This document shows, piece by piece, positions 62,875 to 64,000 of a DNA stretch of 64,000 nt. Numbering within the stretch: the first letter of the stretch is position 1; each line of letters opens with the position of its first letter. The DNA comes from Octopus bimaculoides (lineage: Eukaryota), in assembly GCF_001194135.2 (NCBI RefSeq), contig NC_068982.1, positions 113,526,044 to 113,590,043 of the forward strand. The letters are read 5' to 3'. Under the pieces are notes generated by a model, which was given only the letters and a program-made list of their open reading frames with translations, was not told where the DNA came from and did not search any database. The translations under genes and the position numbers were made by a program.

Positions 62875-64000
62875 TGCAGCACAGAGGGAGACAGAGAGGT
62901 TTATTATCAGAAGTCATTTCCCAGAGGTAGCGCTATTTTCTTAATTCTTCAATATTCTGAAATGTGAGAATCAAATTAATTCCCTTCTGTTTTCCAAACT
63001 CAAAACTTGCGTACTGAATTCACCTCTTAACAGGAGTGGCATTTATTACAGGCCCTGCATTTTCCTGAACCCTGTGATAAATGCCTATATTACTATAGTA
63101 CTACAAAGCCTTCGACTTCTATGAACGACTGGATTTTTAAGGTTGATTCATTTGAATAATTCCGACTTTAAATTAAACAAATTACAATCATCAAATTTAA
63201 TGGCAGCAATGAATAAATATTTATTTCATTTTTATTTGAATCTAATTAATAGTTGTGCCATTCCATTCTTCTGTTTCCATCCTTTAAATTCATCATACAT
63301 CCATTGGTCTTAATTATCAGTTTTTACTTTATATACAGGATGGATTGTTAAATCAGATTATTACTAATGTATTATAGGCTTCATATGTTTTGTGCTTTGG
63401 TTTAAAATGAATTCTGCATCTACTTATTTACATTTTCCACATAGTTTACTGCATCTAAGCAATCGTCTTCCAGTATTAACCTTCTAAATATCTCGATGTA
63501 GCAGATTTTTTTAATAAAGTAATGATTAATGGCTCCCTTGTGTTCATTTCGATTACTTCTGCACTGATCTTTGTATATTGGGTTTTAAATGTGTAGTTGG
63601 ATCCATAAAAATTGTTATAATTCGATGAAATAGCTACGTTTTCAACTTAGAGCTCATTTTACTGGTTTCTCCCTTGTGTAATTCAGCTCTGCCTGTCTCT
63701 GAGGAATTTTTTTATCCTTAATAATTTTCATTGGAAGTAGATGTAAGGGAGGTAATCCACTGTTCGTTAGCTACGACGAGATTTGGTGAAATTATGTTTT
63801 TGTTAATTTATGCTTTGAATGAATATAAACTCTCAAGTGGTTGTTTTGTTTTGTTGTTTTCTTTTTGTGAGATAGTTTTTCCGAAAGTATGATTAATTAA
63901 AAGCTACTAATACTTCAGAGTCAATTAAAGTCATTTATAACCTTCTGAAAACAAATGAAAACGAATTCTATTTATGATATAAATATTTCTTTATAACATA

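Overview
Eukaryotic, AT-rich, microsatellite- and transposon-dense draft scaffold with nine N gaps (11865-11998, 12803-13709, 13982-13991, 14493-15161, 26016-26229, 29543-29552, 49814-50363, 57297-57457, 59415-60316). The repeat families match my recollection of Octopus genomic repeats; this is an inference and was not searched. No intact protein-coding gene, rRNA, true tRNA or CRISPR array is supported. The window reads as intronic or intergenic DNA with at most a few candidate micro-exons on the minus strand. Recognisable content: (1) decayed LINEs (CR1/L2-group RT, RTE RT and 3' ends, one APE endonuclease start); (2) Penelope-like element (PLE) relics from what look like three lineages, including a near-complete Neptune-type RT + GIY-YIG ORF at 38.3-40.0 kb; (3) several tRNA-derived SINE families, one with about 30 copies in tandem or inverted clusters; (4) TIR elements: a 900-bp 8-bp-TSD fold-back element carrying head-to-head telomere-like repeats, a hAT-like MITE and a mariner-like MITE. 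The most interesting signal is seven minimal hammerhead-ribozyme-like motifs. One is structurally complete (7783-7823). Three copies belong to a variant family whose core reads UUGAAAA (U3:A8) instead of CUGANGA, and two of these sit in the arms of a ~3-kb inverted structure around a PLE endonuclease fragment. All structural calls were made by eye, and most element boundaries are approximate.
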